A stretch of 60,587 nucleotides of DNA, counting the filler, from Dugesia japonica (taxonomy: Eukaryota), in NCBI GenBank assembly GCA_001938525.1. It is 4 parts of 4 records of this genome, joined end to end, with 100 filler letters (N's around TTAATTAATTAA, not from the genome) between each part and the next. Parts side by side here need not be neighbours in the genome. Positions count along the whole stretch, not along the records: positions 37,947 to 49,905 come from MQRL01613032.1; positions 50,006 to 60,587 come from MQRL01597955.1; 2 more parts are not named here. One strand, given 5' to 3'. A model generated the notes under the pieces. That model did no database searches. It was given only the letters and a program-made list of their open reading frames with translations, and was not told the origin of the DNA. Below are positions 41,665 through 53,251 of the stretch, piece after piece. Position numbers and translations under genes: made by a program. The first letter of the stretch is position 1; each line of letters opens with the position of its first letter.

Positions 41665-42892
41665 CATAACACTGATAACATTTCATTATATATTTTACCA
41701 CAATATTTCCACATTTAAAACAAATGTTTGATTTATCAGTAGCTGCTATGCGAATTAATCTGTCTGTACTTGAGATAGTTGAAGCATTACTAAAAAAAAA
41801 TTTTATTTCTAATTCTTTTAAATCGTTTTGTTCAGGTACAACTTTGCAAATGATATCCATGGGAATATTTAGCATAAATATTTTATAATCTGGTTCAATG
41901 ACAATATCGAATTTAGTAGTATCTGAAAATAGATAAACTATTTTAAATCCATTTGAAATTTTAGAAAACATAAATTTATTTCTCTCATTTTCGGTTTCAA
42001 CATAACAATATTAAATTATCCAATTAAAATTCAATAAAATAAAACAAAATAAGACCATTGTCGAAAATTTGGATCTCAAACAAGGAATAAAAGAAAACCT
42101 TTTATAATTATTGAATCAATAAAAAATAGTTTGAGAACTTGCATTGAAGAATATTTTTTTAATTTGTTCTTGTAATTATTTATATCTGTATTTGTTTGTA
42201 TTTGTATTAATTTGTATTTGTATTAATTGGTATTTGTATTCCTATTTGTATTTATATTTGTTTGAATTTGTATTAATTTGAATTTGTATTAATTTGTATT
42301 TGTATTAATTGGAATTTGTATTGGTATTTGTTGGTACTTCTATTAATTTCCATTTATATTAAATCCGTTGCTGTTTACAAAAAACAAAATACGAATTTAT
42401 ATAAAACATAAATTTATTAATAATATTTTTCAAACATATTTTTAGAATCATCCTTTTCTGAACACAACAGACTTCAACGTTAATTATTTTTAATTAACAA
42501 TTAATGTATTTTTTAATTGATAACGCGCGGATTTTCTACACAAAAAGTGCATTAAAATGAAAAAAGCGATAGCATTCATCCAATTCGCAAGAAGTGTAAG
42601 ATTTATTAAACTTGCGTTATCAAAACATTTTCATTATAATAGACTAAATCCTCAATGCACGTAAGATGTGTTTTGTCGATTAGAAAATAAGGTAATTACT
42701 TTATTAAATACAAATTAAAAGTAAACAATGTATTTATTTACAATCTATAAAATATCTGAAATTCACTATTAAATTAATCCTAGATATAGTGACTTGCTTA
42801 TTAATTAATTATAAACTTCTGAAATAGGTAAACACTGATTGAATGTATCAATGTATCAATGTATCAATGTATACGATATTGAGACTATTTGC

Positions 42893-42931
<39 letters not shown>

Positions 42932-45900
42932 TAATAATAATGCTAATAATATAACTATTATTATGATTATAATTTATGTAATATTCACAACAAATTTGTA
43001 AAATTATTTTAGAAATGATCAAATATAAATGAATTTTTAGAACCTTTTCTAATATATATCACGTTTCTTTAAATCAATAAATATAAACTCACCGAAATAA
43101 TCATAACATTTCAATTTTATTTCTACTAAAATATTTCCACATGTGAAACATATTCGTCCTTTATCTTTACCATCAATGACAATCAATCTCGGACCTGATT
43201 TCGTATAGGTACTGTTATTCCAAATGAAATCTATTTCACGCACCATTTGAATTAAACTATTCGGTTGAACATCACATGTAATTTGCAATGTAACATTAGC
43301 ATAATAATATATTGGTTTTTCCGGTAGAATTCGAATTGTAATATTTGTATCTAAAAAATTAAAGCAAAAAAAAACGATTTTTAAAAATAATAATTTTGAT
43401 AATATTAAAGAATTTACCAAAGTAATTGTAACATTTTGTAACGCTTTTAAGAATTGGACTAACACAAATAAAACAAATATTTCCATCATTTGTACCCGGT
43501 ATTATTATATGGTATTTATTTATTATTTGTAATTTTGTTGAATTTCCAGAAAACGTAATATCGTCCACCATGTTTTTATCAATGATTTCATTCGGATCTA
43601 TTATGCACTTGATATCCATATTCTTATTTGGTAAATATATATCAATATTATCTGGTGTTATCGTCAGAGTTACCGGTTTTTCTGATATAAAAATAGAATT
43701 ATAAGTTATATTTTAAATCATATCATAAATTTGTAATAATAAATACAATTTCTGCATTAATATTTGTTAAACTTGACATTTGATCGTATTTTTATACTTT
43801 GAATGAAATTGAAAAATCCTTTGATCCAAATAACGTTTATTTACAAGTTTTTGTTAGCAAATTCGCAACTTTGACAAAAATAAATCCCGGAAGAAGACCA
43901 TCGTTAAAAATTCGTATTGCTAAAAAACAACTTAAGAAACGTTATTTTGATCTAAAATTTTTATTAGTAGAAATTTTATTGAATTTGATATTAGTAGATG
44001 GATAGTGGCGGATGTAGCCAGCACACATGCAGCGAACCCCCCCNCTTTGATCCAAATAACGTTTATTTACAAGTTTTTGTTAGCAATTCGCAACTTTGAC
44101 AAAAATAAATCCCGGAAGAAGACTATCGTTTAAAATTCGTATTGCTAAAAAAAATCTTAAAAAAACATTATTTTGATCTAAAATTTTTATTAGTAGAAAT
44201 TTTATTGAATTTGATATTAAAACTTTATATTCAGTTGGTAAATAGGAGAATATTCATGACAATAAGCATGATATTTATGCAGTAATAACAAATGTAAAAT
44301 TAAATTCAAAAAGTAAACTATATAGATAATAAACGAAATGTAGATTATAGTAAATCCACGGACAAAGTGTGGCTCTTGAGATACATGTAGCTCTTTGCAA
44401 ATTTTTTTATGGCTCAATTAAAATTTTTAAAGTTACAACTAAAAATTTTTAATTTTACTTATAATTGGTTGAGGGAAAAAATAGTTCTTTTCTCTTTTTT
44501 CCCGTTCAGGAAATAAAATGGATGAATTGTTTCTTTTTATTTAATAATAGTAATATTTAATTGTGTTTTTTATTTAATAAATTTAATAATAAAAATTAAA
44601 AACTTTACAGAAAAAAATTGTTTCTTTTAATATTAGCTATAATAATAATAATAAAATTAAATTCAAATTCATGTTAAATCGAGAACATATATATATTGTT
44701 CCATATATATATATAATTATATATACATTATAATTTATCAATAAAATTTTTTGTACCTTTAAGTTATTTTTGTTTCAATCTATAAACGGTTTATAAATTA
44801 GTTCAGATAGATTTGAATTTATCCCTAACAAAGGTATATATTATAAAATATNNNNNNNNNNNNNNNNNNNNNNNNNNNNNNNNNNNNNNNNNNNNNNNNN
44901 NGGGGGGGGGTTCGCTGCATGTGTGCTGGCTACATCCGCCACTATCCATCTACTGATATTAAAACTATATATTCAGTTGGTAAATAGGAGAATATTCATG
45001 ACATTAAGCATGATATTTATGCAGTAATAACAAATGTAAAATTAAATTCAAAAAGTAAACCATATAGATTATAAACGAAATGTAGATTATAGTAAATCCA
45101 TGGACAAAGTGTGACTCTTGAGACACATGTCGCTCTTTGCAAATTTTTTATGGCTCAATTATAATCTTTAAAGTTACAACTAAAAATTTTTACTTTTACA
45201 CATAATTGGTTGACGGAAAAAATAGTTCTTTTCTCTTTTTTCCCGTTCAGGAAATAAAATGCATGAATTGTTTCTTTTTATTTAATAATAGTGTTATATC
45301 TAATTGTGTTTTTTATTTAATAAATTTCATAATAAAAATTAAAAACTTTACGGAAAAATTTGTTTCTTTTAATATTAGCTATAATAATAATAATAAAATT
45401 AAATTCCGATTCATGTTAAATTTTATATATATATATATATACATTATAATCTATCAATAAAATTTTTTGTACCTTTAAGTTATTTTGTTTCAATCTATAA
45501 ACGGTTTATAAATTAGTTCAGATAGATTTGAATTTATCCCTAACAAAGATATATATTATAAAATATATAAACGTTATGTTTACTAGAGTTATTGTTGAAA
45601 CTTTAACTAAATTTTATTAAAAACATATAATATCAAATAAAAAAAAATAATGAATAAATTTCTCACCATAACGATCATAACATTTAGTAAATTCTTTAAT
45701 TTGCGGATTTCCACAATTAAAACAAATTTTATTTACAGTCGCTTTTTTAACAAGTATTATCCATAATGATAAACTCTGGAAATTTTCACTAAGACTTTTT
45801 AGAGACATGTTGAATTGAGGTTCTTGATAATGATTGGGAAATATTGAACAAATAACTTGCATTTCAACATTTGGTAAATAAATAGAATAATTTGGAATGA

Positions 45901-48900
45901 TATTTATAGTTAAATTTCTTGGATCTTGAAAAACAGAAAATTAAAANNNNNNNCTTTATTTATTTATTTATTTTAATTCACTATATATTAATCTTATTTT
46001 AATATATAATTTTTTATTAATATATATTATAAAAATTATTAAATGTTAATTGTAAAATAATTTTAAAATATTAATTGAAACTGCTTTAATTTATATTATA
46101 TTCATTCATTATTTAACTTTAATGAAACAATTGATAATTTCGCCAACTGATTTATTTGAAAAAATGTATATTGTTAGATGAGTTTGTAGCACTTGATTTG
46201 TTTCCAGAAATTAAGTTATCGGTATATAAACATTATTTAAATGATATTTTCGTGGTGTTTAAGAATCAATCCAATGTAGAATCTTATCTTATTTATATGA
46301 ATTCCTTAATCGGTAATATAAAATTNACCACTGAAATTGAACGTAATGGTAAATTTACTTTTCTTGATTTACTACAAGACCGCCAATCTGATCATTATGA
46401 AACAGGAATATTGCACAAACCATTATATTGGCTTGTAAAGTTCAAAAAGCAACTAACACGATTTATTAAAAAACCAATTTAAAAATTATTGTGAACACTT
46501 ATTAAAATATTGTAACATTTTAAAATGTTGTTTTTAAAAAATTTGTTTAACTATCCTATTTTAATAATTTAATTTTCGATCTTTATTTGAAATCAATTAA
46601 TAAAACTTTTAATGAATTTTTAGATGAAAGCCGAAGAAATTCAAATTTTTGTCATTGTCTATTATATGAGTATAGAAAAAGATCAACTGCCTCAAATGCC
46701 TATCGAAACATATTATTTGTTTATTTTGATTCAGGTTTATCACTGAATAAATGCCAAAAATGGTTCCAAAAGTTCAAGGAAGGGGATTATGATCTATCAG
46801 AAAGTAGAGGAGAAAGTTATTCAAATTTTGATGACGATGCCTTTTGGCTCAAATCGAAGAAGAACCAAGGCATACAACTTGAGAATTAAAAGATTGCCTA
46901 CAGGTATCTCACACCACTATTGCCACTCATCTTTATTAGTTAGGCAAAGTAAGTAAAGAAGGGCCATGGGTTCCTCATTGCTTAAGTGAAAGCAGCAAAT
47001 AGAACAGGTTGATCATTTTCTCTTCTCTCCAGATTCTAGAAAGAAAACTCTTTAAAATGAATTGTGATAGGCGATGAAAAGTGAGTGTTACGTTAATATA
47101 AAAAGAAAGAAGCAATGGCTAACACCAAAGAAGGACTTCATCCCTAACGGATAATGATGTCTGTTTGATGGAATTATTACAGTGTAATATATTATGAGTT
47201 ATTGCAAAAGAAACATGCCTATTACAGCAACAATTTAATGTGATCAAATAGAAAAACTCGAATCTGAATTGAAAAAAGCAAGACCACGATCGATTAACAG
47301 AAAGAATGTTATTATCCAACATGCGTGTAATACATCATACTTCAAAACTGACACTGCAAAAAATTAGAGATTTAGAATGGGAACTTCTTCTTCATACAGC
47401 ATACTCACCTGATAACGCTTCTTCAGATTATCACTTTTTCAGGTCTCTACAAAATTACCTGAGTGGTAAAGAATTTTCAATAGAGGACGATATAAAATTG
47501 CCGTGGAAACTTTCTTTACATCAAAGTGTTCTTCTTTTTATGAGGATAGGATAATGAATTTGCCTTTAAGATGGCAAGGTGTCATAGACAATAATAGAAA
47601 TTATTTCGATTAAACTTGTTATTTTTCCTTTGTCAAAATTGATTTTTTTTAAAATCAATTATATTAGTTGCCTTTTGAACTATACAAGCCAATAAATTTA
47701 ATATGATTAAAGGATTAACTCAAAATTCTTGGACTAACTTATTCGAAATTGTGTAGAAATATTCACAATCTGCCGTCTTTTTTAAAAAAAATGGATATTC
47801 TAAATCAATTTTCGAAAGATTTACTAAGAAAAAATTGATAGAATTGTTCTTAACATTAATAATAATCTAAATAATGAAAAGTTTTATCTAATAAAATTGA
47901 TTAAGTTAGATATTTTTAAGCATTCCTTACCTTGAGGACTTTTAACCAAGACGTCTTATGGATTGGTTTCTAATTTTATTTATAAATATGGGTGTAATGT
48001 GAAAGAGACTTCTCGTTAATTCTGTTAAATATTTCAGAAACATAGTCGATTAGGTAGTCGTAGTAATATTATAGAACATAATATTTAGTGTGAATCATTT
48101 ATAAATATTTATAAATTTAACATTTTGTGCAGAAACGTTAGAGATTACTGTGAGAGAATTAAACGCGAAGAATTGATTATTAGATCTTATGATCCAAAAA
48201 AGTAATGTTCAACCTGGTCTTTTAAAATCTTTACTGAATGTATTATTTATTTGTATGTATATATATTTATATGTATGTATATTTATTTAATTTTAATTTC
48301 ATTGAGACTGTTAATCAATTGTATAATGCAGACCTTTAGTATAATATACCTTACTCTAAGTTTAAAATAGTATTTTTAAAATAATTAAAAATAAAGTTTA
48401 TTTTGAAATTATATATTTTAAAAAAAGTCGATCATAACTAGATAAATTAAAAAAATTAAAGGACAAATTAAATTTTAATATTTACTTGAAAATTAGAAAA
48501 TTGATTGTTGACTATTGAAGAAGTATTTTTTAAAAGAAATTTTGTGTTAAATTAATGCGTTATTTTAAAGAGTTTAAAAACTTTGAACCTTCACGAAAAT
48601 TTTCTTGGAAGGTTACTTGGAAAANAGAATTCATCAAAAATCGAAATCCAAAGTGTTCTGTAATTCGAAAAACCAATTCTTGAATTAGAAATTCATGGAA
48701 TGCTTTATCATCGGAAAAAATAAGAAATTATATTAAAACTGTCGGATTTTTATCTGATATTAGTGGTAAAATATATCAAACATTATTTAATGAATTATAT
48801 TTATTACGAAAATTGTTTGATTTAATAGCTGAAAAAATTCTATATACATAGAATATTTTTTAGAGTTATTTAAGTTATTACTTGAAAATTTTAATTAATT

Positions 48901-49905
48901 CAAGTTTTAATTTATTTTTAATTTATTTTATTTTATTTATTTATATTTTAAAATATGAAATATTTAAATTAATGTTGAATGTACAAAAATGTGAAATATT
49001 TTTGCAGAATATTAAAACAAAAACTTTTCGAAGTAATTAATAAGCTTTTTTAGATTGTGAGTATGTTTTGAGAAGTGAGTTGAAATTTTTGTGCTTTGGT
49101 TGGAAGTTATTTTTGTAAAAAATTGAAAGTCAAAAATTAATTAAGAAAAATATTAAAGTAAATTAAATTAAATTTTTATACAAAAATTATGAATAGTTAA
49201 AAATTAATTTGAATATCAAAATTTAATATTTTTGTTTTTGATAATAATTCGAAATTTCGACTTTGTCTTCGTCAGGAATGGACTTTTTCAATTGATTTTT
49301 CGTAAACTCCTGACGAATACAAAGTCGAAAAATATAATTATTATCGAAAACTAAAAGAAAACAAAAAAATAGTTTTTGATCGAAGCTTTTATTTCAATGA
49401 ATTACAATATTTATTATAATAATTTTACAAATAATATTTTATTAAAAATAACTCAATAAATACAATTTCTTAAAACCCACCAACATAAATGTAACACCGG
49501 AAATCAATTGTTAACATAACATGTCCACATGAGAAACAAATAGTTCCTTTGTCTATACCGGAAACTGTGATTTTACGATCGGTAGCTTTGAATGTACTAT
49601 TATTTATTATGAAATCAATTGCTTTAAAAACGTTAAGAAGTTTATCGGGAGATACTTGACAACTTACAATCATTGTTTTATTGAAATAATAGAAATCTTT
49701 ATCATTTGGACTTATGAATATTTTGTAAGGCTCACCTAAAATCTTCGATTAATTTGTTGTAAATATTTAGATAAAATCATTAACTGAATGGATCATAACA
49801 CTTGGTAACATTAGCAACTAATTGACTACCACAAATGAAACAAATGTTTCCATGACTTCCTTGAGGAATTTCAATGTCTCTTGAACTTTTCTTAATTAAA
49901 TTTGA
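41665..49905 (-). CDS. Spliced host gene (or gene cluster) of tandem ~86-aa four-cysteine modules, probably extracellular
   Basis: Symmetric phase-1 GT-AG exons: 49785-49905 (partial), 49481-49735, 45667-45924, 43418-43681, 43093-43350, 41665-41922. All are open and end ICFxC(G/V)x8-9CY. Confidence 0.85.
42180..42360. repeat. Low-complexity tandem repeat (tttgtattaa/tttgta units)
   Basis: Direct observation. Confidence 0.8.
42892..42930. repeat. (ATT)n microsatellite
   Basis: Direct observation. Confidence 0.9.
43993..44954. mobile_element. Both ends of a Maverick-type insertion (interior unassembled, filled by the empty allele)
   Basis: Identical ~50-bp TIR ends at 43993-44043 and 44902-44954; 6-bp TSD GATATT at 43987-43992 and 44955-44960; single GATATT empty site at 44213-44218. 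Confidence 0.88.
46150..48240 (+). mobile_element. Penelope-like retroelement fragment (RT C-terminus plus GIY-YIG endonuclease), interrupted by mariner
   Basis: YKHYLNDIFVVF..NIKFTTEIERNGKFTFLDL..HKP before the mariner; KNGY..IPYL..KETSR..SNIIEH..FNILC..EELII...P.NVQ after it. Confidence 0.8.
46428..47692 (+). mobile_element. Full-length degenerate mariner (DD34D)
   Basis: TIRs TTGGCTTGTAAAGTTCAAAAAGCAACTA / TAGTTGCCTTTTGAACTATACAAGCCAA with TA flanks, ~1.27 kb; motifs WFQKFKEG, WVPHCL, GDEK, YSPDNASSDYHFF. Confidence 0.95.
49247..49279 (-). ncRNA. Minimal type I hammerhead ribozyme candidate
   Basis: Minus strand AUUC-CUGACGA-A-GAC(AAA)GUC-GAAA-UUUC-GAAU: stem I AUUC/GAAU, intact core, stem II, UH cleavage site, vestigial stem III. 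Confidence 0.65.
49305..49403 (+). ncRNA. Second, inverted, partly degenerate hammerhead repeat copy
   Basis: CTGACGA-a-tacaaagtc-GAAA at 49310-49330 followed by the family tail ttattatc..ttttgatcgaagcttttatttcaatgaa. Confidence 0.45.
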
Positions 49906-50005
49906 NNNNNNNNNNNNNNNNNNNNNNNNNNNNNNNNNNNNNNNNNNNNTTAATTAATTAANNNNNNNNNNNNNNNNNNNNNNNNNNNNNNNNNNNNNNN
50001 NNNNN
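49906..50005. other. Artificial scaffold linker
   Basis: 44N-TTAATTAATTAA-44N. Confidence 0.95.
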
Positions 50006-50737
50006 CACACTCCTACACGATATCGTTTACTCGTTTTTGTAAACTTACGATATCGATCCGGTATAGGTCCAACGCTACAACGCCATCCATTTTTAGGGTT
50101 GGTTGATTCGGCAGATGAGGTGTTACTTATTCCTTAGCGGATAACGACTTCCATGTCCACCGTCTTGCTGTCTTTATAAAACAGCATTTTTTGTGGGTTC
50201 TCATGAGCGTTATATTAGGCACCTTTATCAGATGTTTGGTTGATCCCACATCGCCAGTTTTGCTTATCAAAAATGGCCCACTAGACACTTGTATTCGATG
50301 CACTTCTTCAATGAAGAAAGACGCACTGCGAACCCATTTAAAGTTTGAGAATAAGTTGAGGACAATTTGTCCCCAATGCTTCTAATCATTCGCTTTACCA
50401 GGTAAATCTACAATAACAAATGTCAGCTATTCTGAGGAAAAATTCGGAGGGAACCAGCTACTAGATTGTTCGATTAGTCTTTCGCCCCTATACTCATGTC
50501 CAACGATCGATTTGCACGGCAGAACTGCTGCGGTTCTCCAACAGAGTTTCCTCTGGCCTCAACATACACAGGAATAGTTCACCATTTTTCAGGTCTCTAC
50601 ATGACCGCTCAAACTCCGTCGAGATACGAATATCTTTAGATGGGTCGATGTTGCACTCTGTGTTTCAACGAGGTCCTATCACAGTTTATCGAAATAAACC
50701 TTTACATTAATGGCGCCGTGGGGTTTTGTAAAGCCCT
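50006..50737 (-). rRNA. 28S rRNA: Eukaryotic 28S (LSU) rRNA fragment, probably a pseudogene copy
   Basis: Reverse complement of conserved LSU blocks: cgccatccattt..gttgattcggcag, acccatttaaagtttgagaata, ggagggaaccagctactaga..ttcgattagtctttcgcccctata. Substitutions occur in normally invariant positions. Confidence 0.95.
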
Positions 50738-50992
50738 TTGAATTATAATAGAGATACAAATGATGTTTCTCTTAACGCAATGGGATATGGAAATAATGAA
50801 TTTAGACAAATAATCATTAGATCATCAAAACTAAGTTCTCTATGTGATCCTCTACAACTAGACTTCATGGATCAACCGAAATATCTTATTCCAGGTGTTA
50901 ATGCTCACATTCGACTTAAAAGAACGGATACAAGAATGTGTTTAGAATCCAAACTTCGTGAACCAAAATATAAGTTATGGATTCAAAACTAA
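50738..50992 (+). pseudogene. Maverick/Polinton major capsid protein fragment
   Basis: PLQLDFMDQPKYLIPGVNAHIRLKR matches the Polinton MCP motif L..D.F.Q.k.l..gV..ri.L.R, and lies next to pPolB. Confidence 0.7.
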
Positions 50993-51059
50993 TGATTAGA
51001 TCATCATCAATTTTAGTTGTTTTTCTGAATCTAGCTTTTGATGTACATCTCATTAATTT

Positions 51060-53251
51060 TATTTTATTTAAAAGCTTATAATAATTCTTCTTTAACTCTG
51101 ATTTACATTCTGACCTTAATTTAGTGTTAACATCTATATATTTTTTAAAAATAGATACCTGACTAAACTTTACACTTCATATACCTTTGTTATTTATACA
51201 ACCAATTGTAAATAAATGTTTAGCAATCTCCAGTGTATGACCTTATTTTTCATCAGGTCATGAGTCAACAGTAATTGTTTTACTTTTGATCCTGGAGCAC
51301 TTTGATGTTCTACTACAACAGGTAAGTCATTTAATTCATCTTGAATTTCTGCTGGTATAACCCTTTCTATCTATAACCATTTCTATGTATTTATATGGTA
51401 ATGAGTTAAGGTCCTTTGTCTTACATTCTTTCAAAACCTCTGCTAAATTTGAATATACCAATTCAAAGTCCTTAAAGGACAACTTCTGACTTAATGCCCA
51501 ACCATATAGATTGTTGTTTTCGTTACTAACAACCTGGTGTTTATTGACGAATATCAGCCAATTTAGTATACCACTCTCAAAACGGTATACATATCATTAT
51601 CTGTTAGCATTTTAATTGGCTTATTTAATGACATCAATGCAGATGCCCAACTCATACCCGGGATGCCAAAGAATTTTAATGGCTCCAAATTATTATGTGC
51701 CAATGATTTATTTCTGAACTGTGGAAAGAAATCGGCTAACAGAGACACACCTAGTTTTAAATATACTAGCATATAATTCAATAAATTTCTGGATCCTGTT
51801 ATAGTCCACATTTGCAATGCTTTTTTATAATCGTGCTCACTAACTTTCTTCCATCTTAGTGGCATCGTGGTTGTTTCAACCAGAACTTGCAAATTGGTTG
51901 CATAATTATAAGGAAATATCCTCTTTGACATTGTTATTCTGCTATCTCATTTGTTTTCAAAGATGTATCTTTTAAGGATTTGACTGNTGCGTCTAATGAA
52001 NAGTTTATAAACTGGTACGAGTCAATAAATCTGATTGTAATTTCTTTCAGATGTCCAATGAGGCATATGAATTTTTCAGACGTTGTTTGTATGCACGACA
52101 TGGCCCAATGTAGAAATTTATTTAATCTATACTTTAATATGTGGTGAAGGTCATATCCTCTCAAATTACGGAAGACTACTGGTAACTGATAGTTGATTCT
52201 TCTGTTTTAATTGCATTTATTACAAGCCACTCATATATACTTGCCTGTAAAATGGTCATGATCCCGAACTGGATTACTTAAATGTNNNNNNNNNNNNNNN
52301 NNNNNNNNNNNNNNNNNNNNNNNNNNNNNNNNNNNNNNNNNNNNNNNNNNNNNNNNNNNNNNNNNNNNNNNNNNNNNNNNNNNNNNNNNNNNNNNNNTGA
52401 TTTCCACCACTGCCTTTAGGAATTTATTTACGCATTCATTTACAATAAACTGACTGTATTTGACTTCATTTGTAAAATTACTGATTCAAAATCAGCATAT
52501 ATTACAAAGGGTGGAGTTATAGTTTTGGAGTAATCCTGAAACTCTAGATTATTTTCTGTTGGCATCTTGTATAATGTTGTGACCGTCTAAATTTTCTCAA
52601 AAATTGGCTTATGAGTCTTGTAAGCCTAGAATCCATTAAGACAATTTTGTACTTGATTGATTATACTCTTACCCCCAGCCTTTTTAATATATCTGTTCAT
52701 CAACCTATTCCAATCCATAACTCCAGTGTAATGAATTTGTTGGCATCTTTCAATAACAACGTTTTTATTTTCCAAGTTTTTNNNNNNNNNNNNNNNNNNN
52801 NNNNNNNNNNNNNNGCTAATATATAATACCTTAGTGATTTTAAAATTTATTTCCAATATGTGGCTCAGTATCCAACTATATCAAAGCTCGCTTCTTATTG
52901 CTATCTTTTTATTTTACTGGTTTATTCCATCTTCGAAAAAGGAATCGCTCAATGGAACAGCTCGATTTGACAATCTACAAGTTTTTGTTTCGTCTTCTTT
53001 TTTAGAATTAAACATTGATTTCAAATTGGATCTTGGCAGTTTTTAATTCTTCAATAATTTTGAATAACTTCACAGTCAAGGAGTTTACTAAAACGATTTC
53101 TCTTGTATTCCACATTGAAATATCCATTTTTTAATACCTGATGACATTTATACGAGTCACTTTCTATTATGACATCTTCATTGAGAGAGTCACTAACTTG
53201 TGNNNNNNNNNNNNNNNNNNNNNNNNNNNNNNCAATATCTTCTTCATCCAT
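51060..53251 (-). pseudogene. pPolB: Protein-primed family B DNA polymerase of Maverick/Polinton, degenerate and 3'-truncated
   Basis: In order: PFVIYADFES, VRDHDHFTGKY..CNKCN, PVVFRNLRGYD, RFIDS, IFPYNY, PGMSW, NNLYGWALSQ, KYIDVNTKLR..YYKLLN. Confidence 0.93.

Noticed and set aside
41950-42060. Signal-peptide-like minus-strand start (MVLFCFILLNFNWII) before the last cysteine module
   Set aside because: It has an in-frame stop and no clear donor site, so I cannot say whether it marks a separate paralogue.
43993-44954. A 960-bp MITE that captured its own flanks
   Set aside because: The interior is bounded by Ns on both sides and is a second copy of the flanks; an alternative haplotype is the simpler explanation.
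50191-50385. 64-aa ORF
   Set aside because: Antisense to the 28S rRNA fragment.
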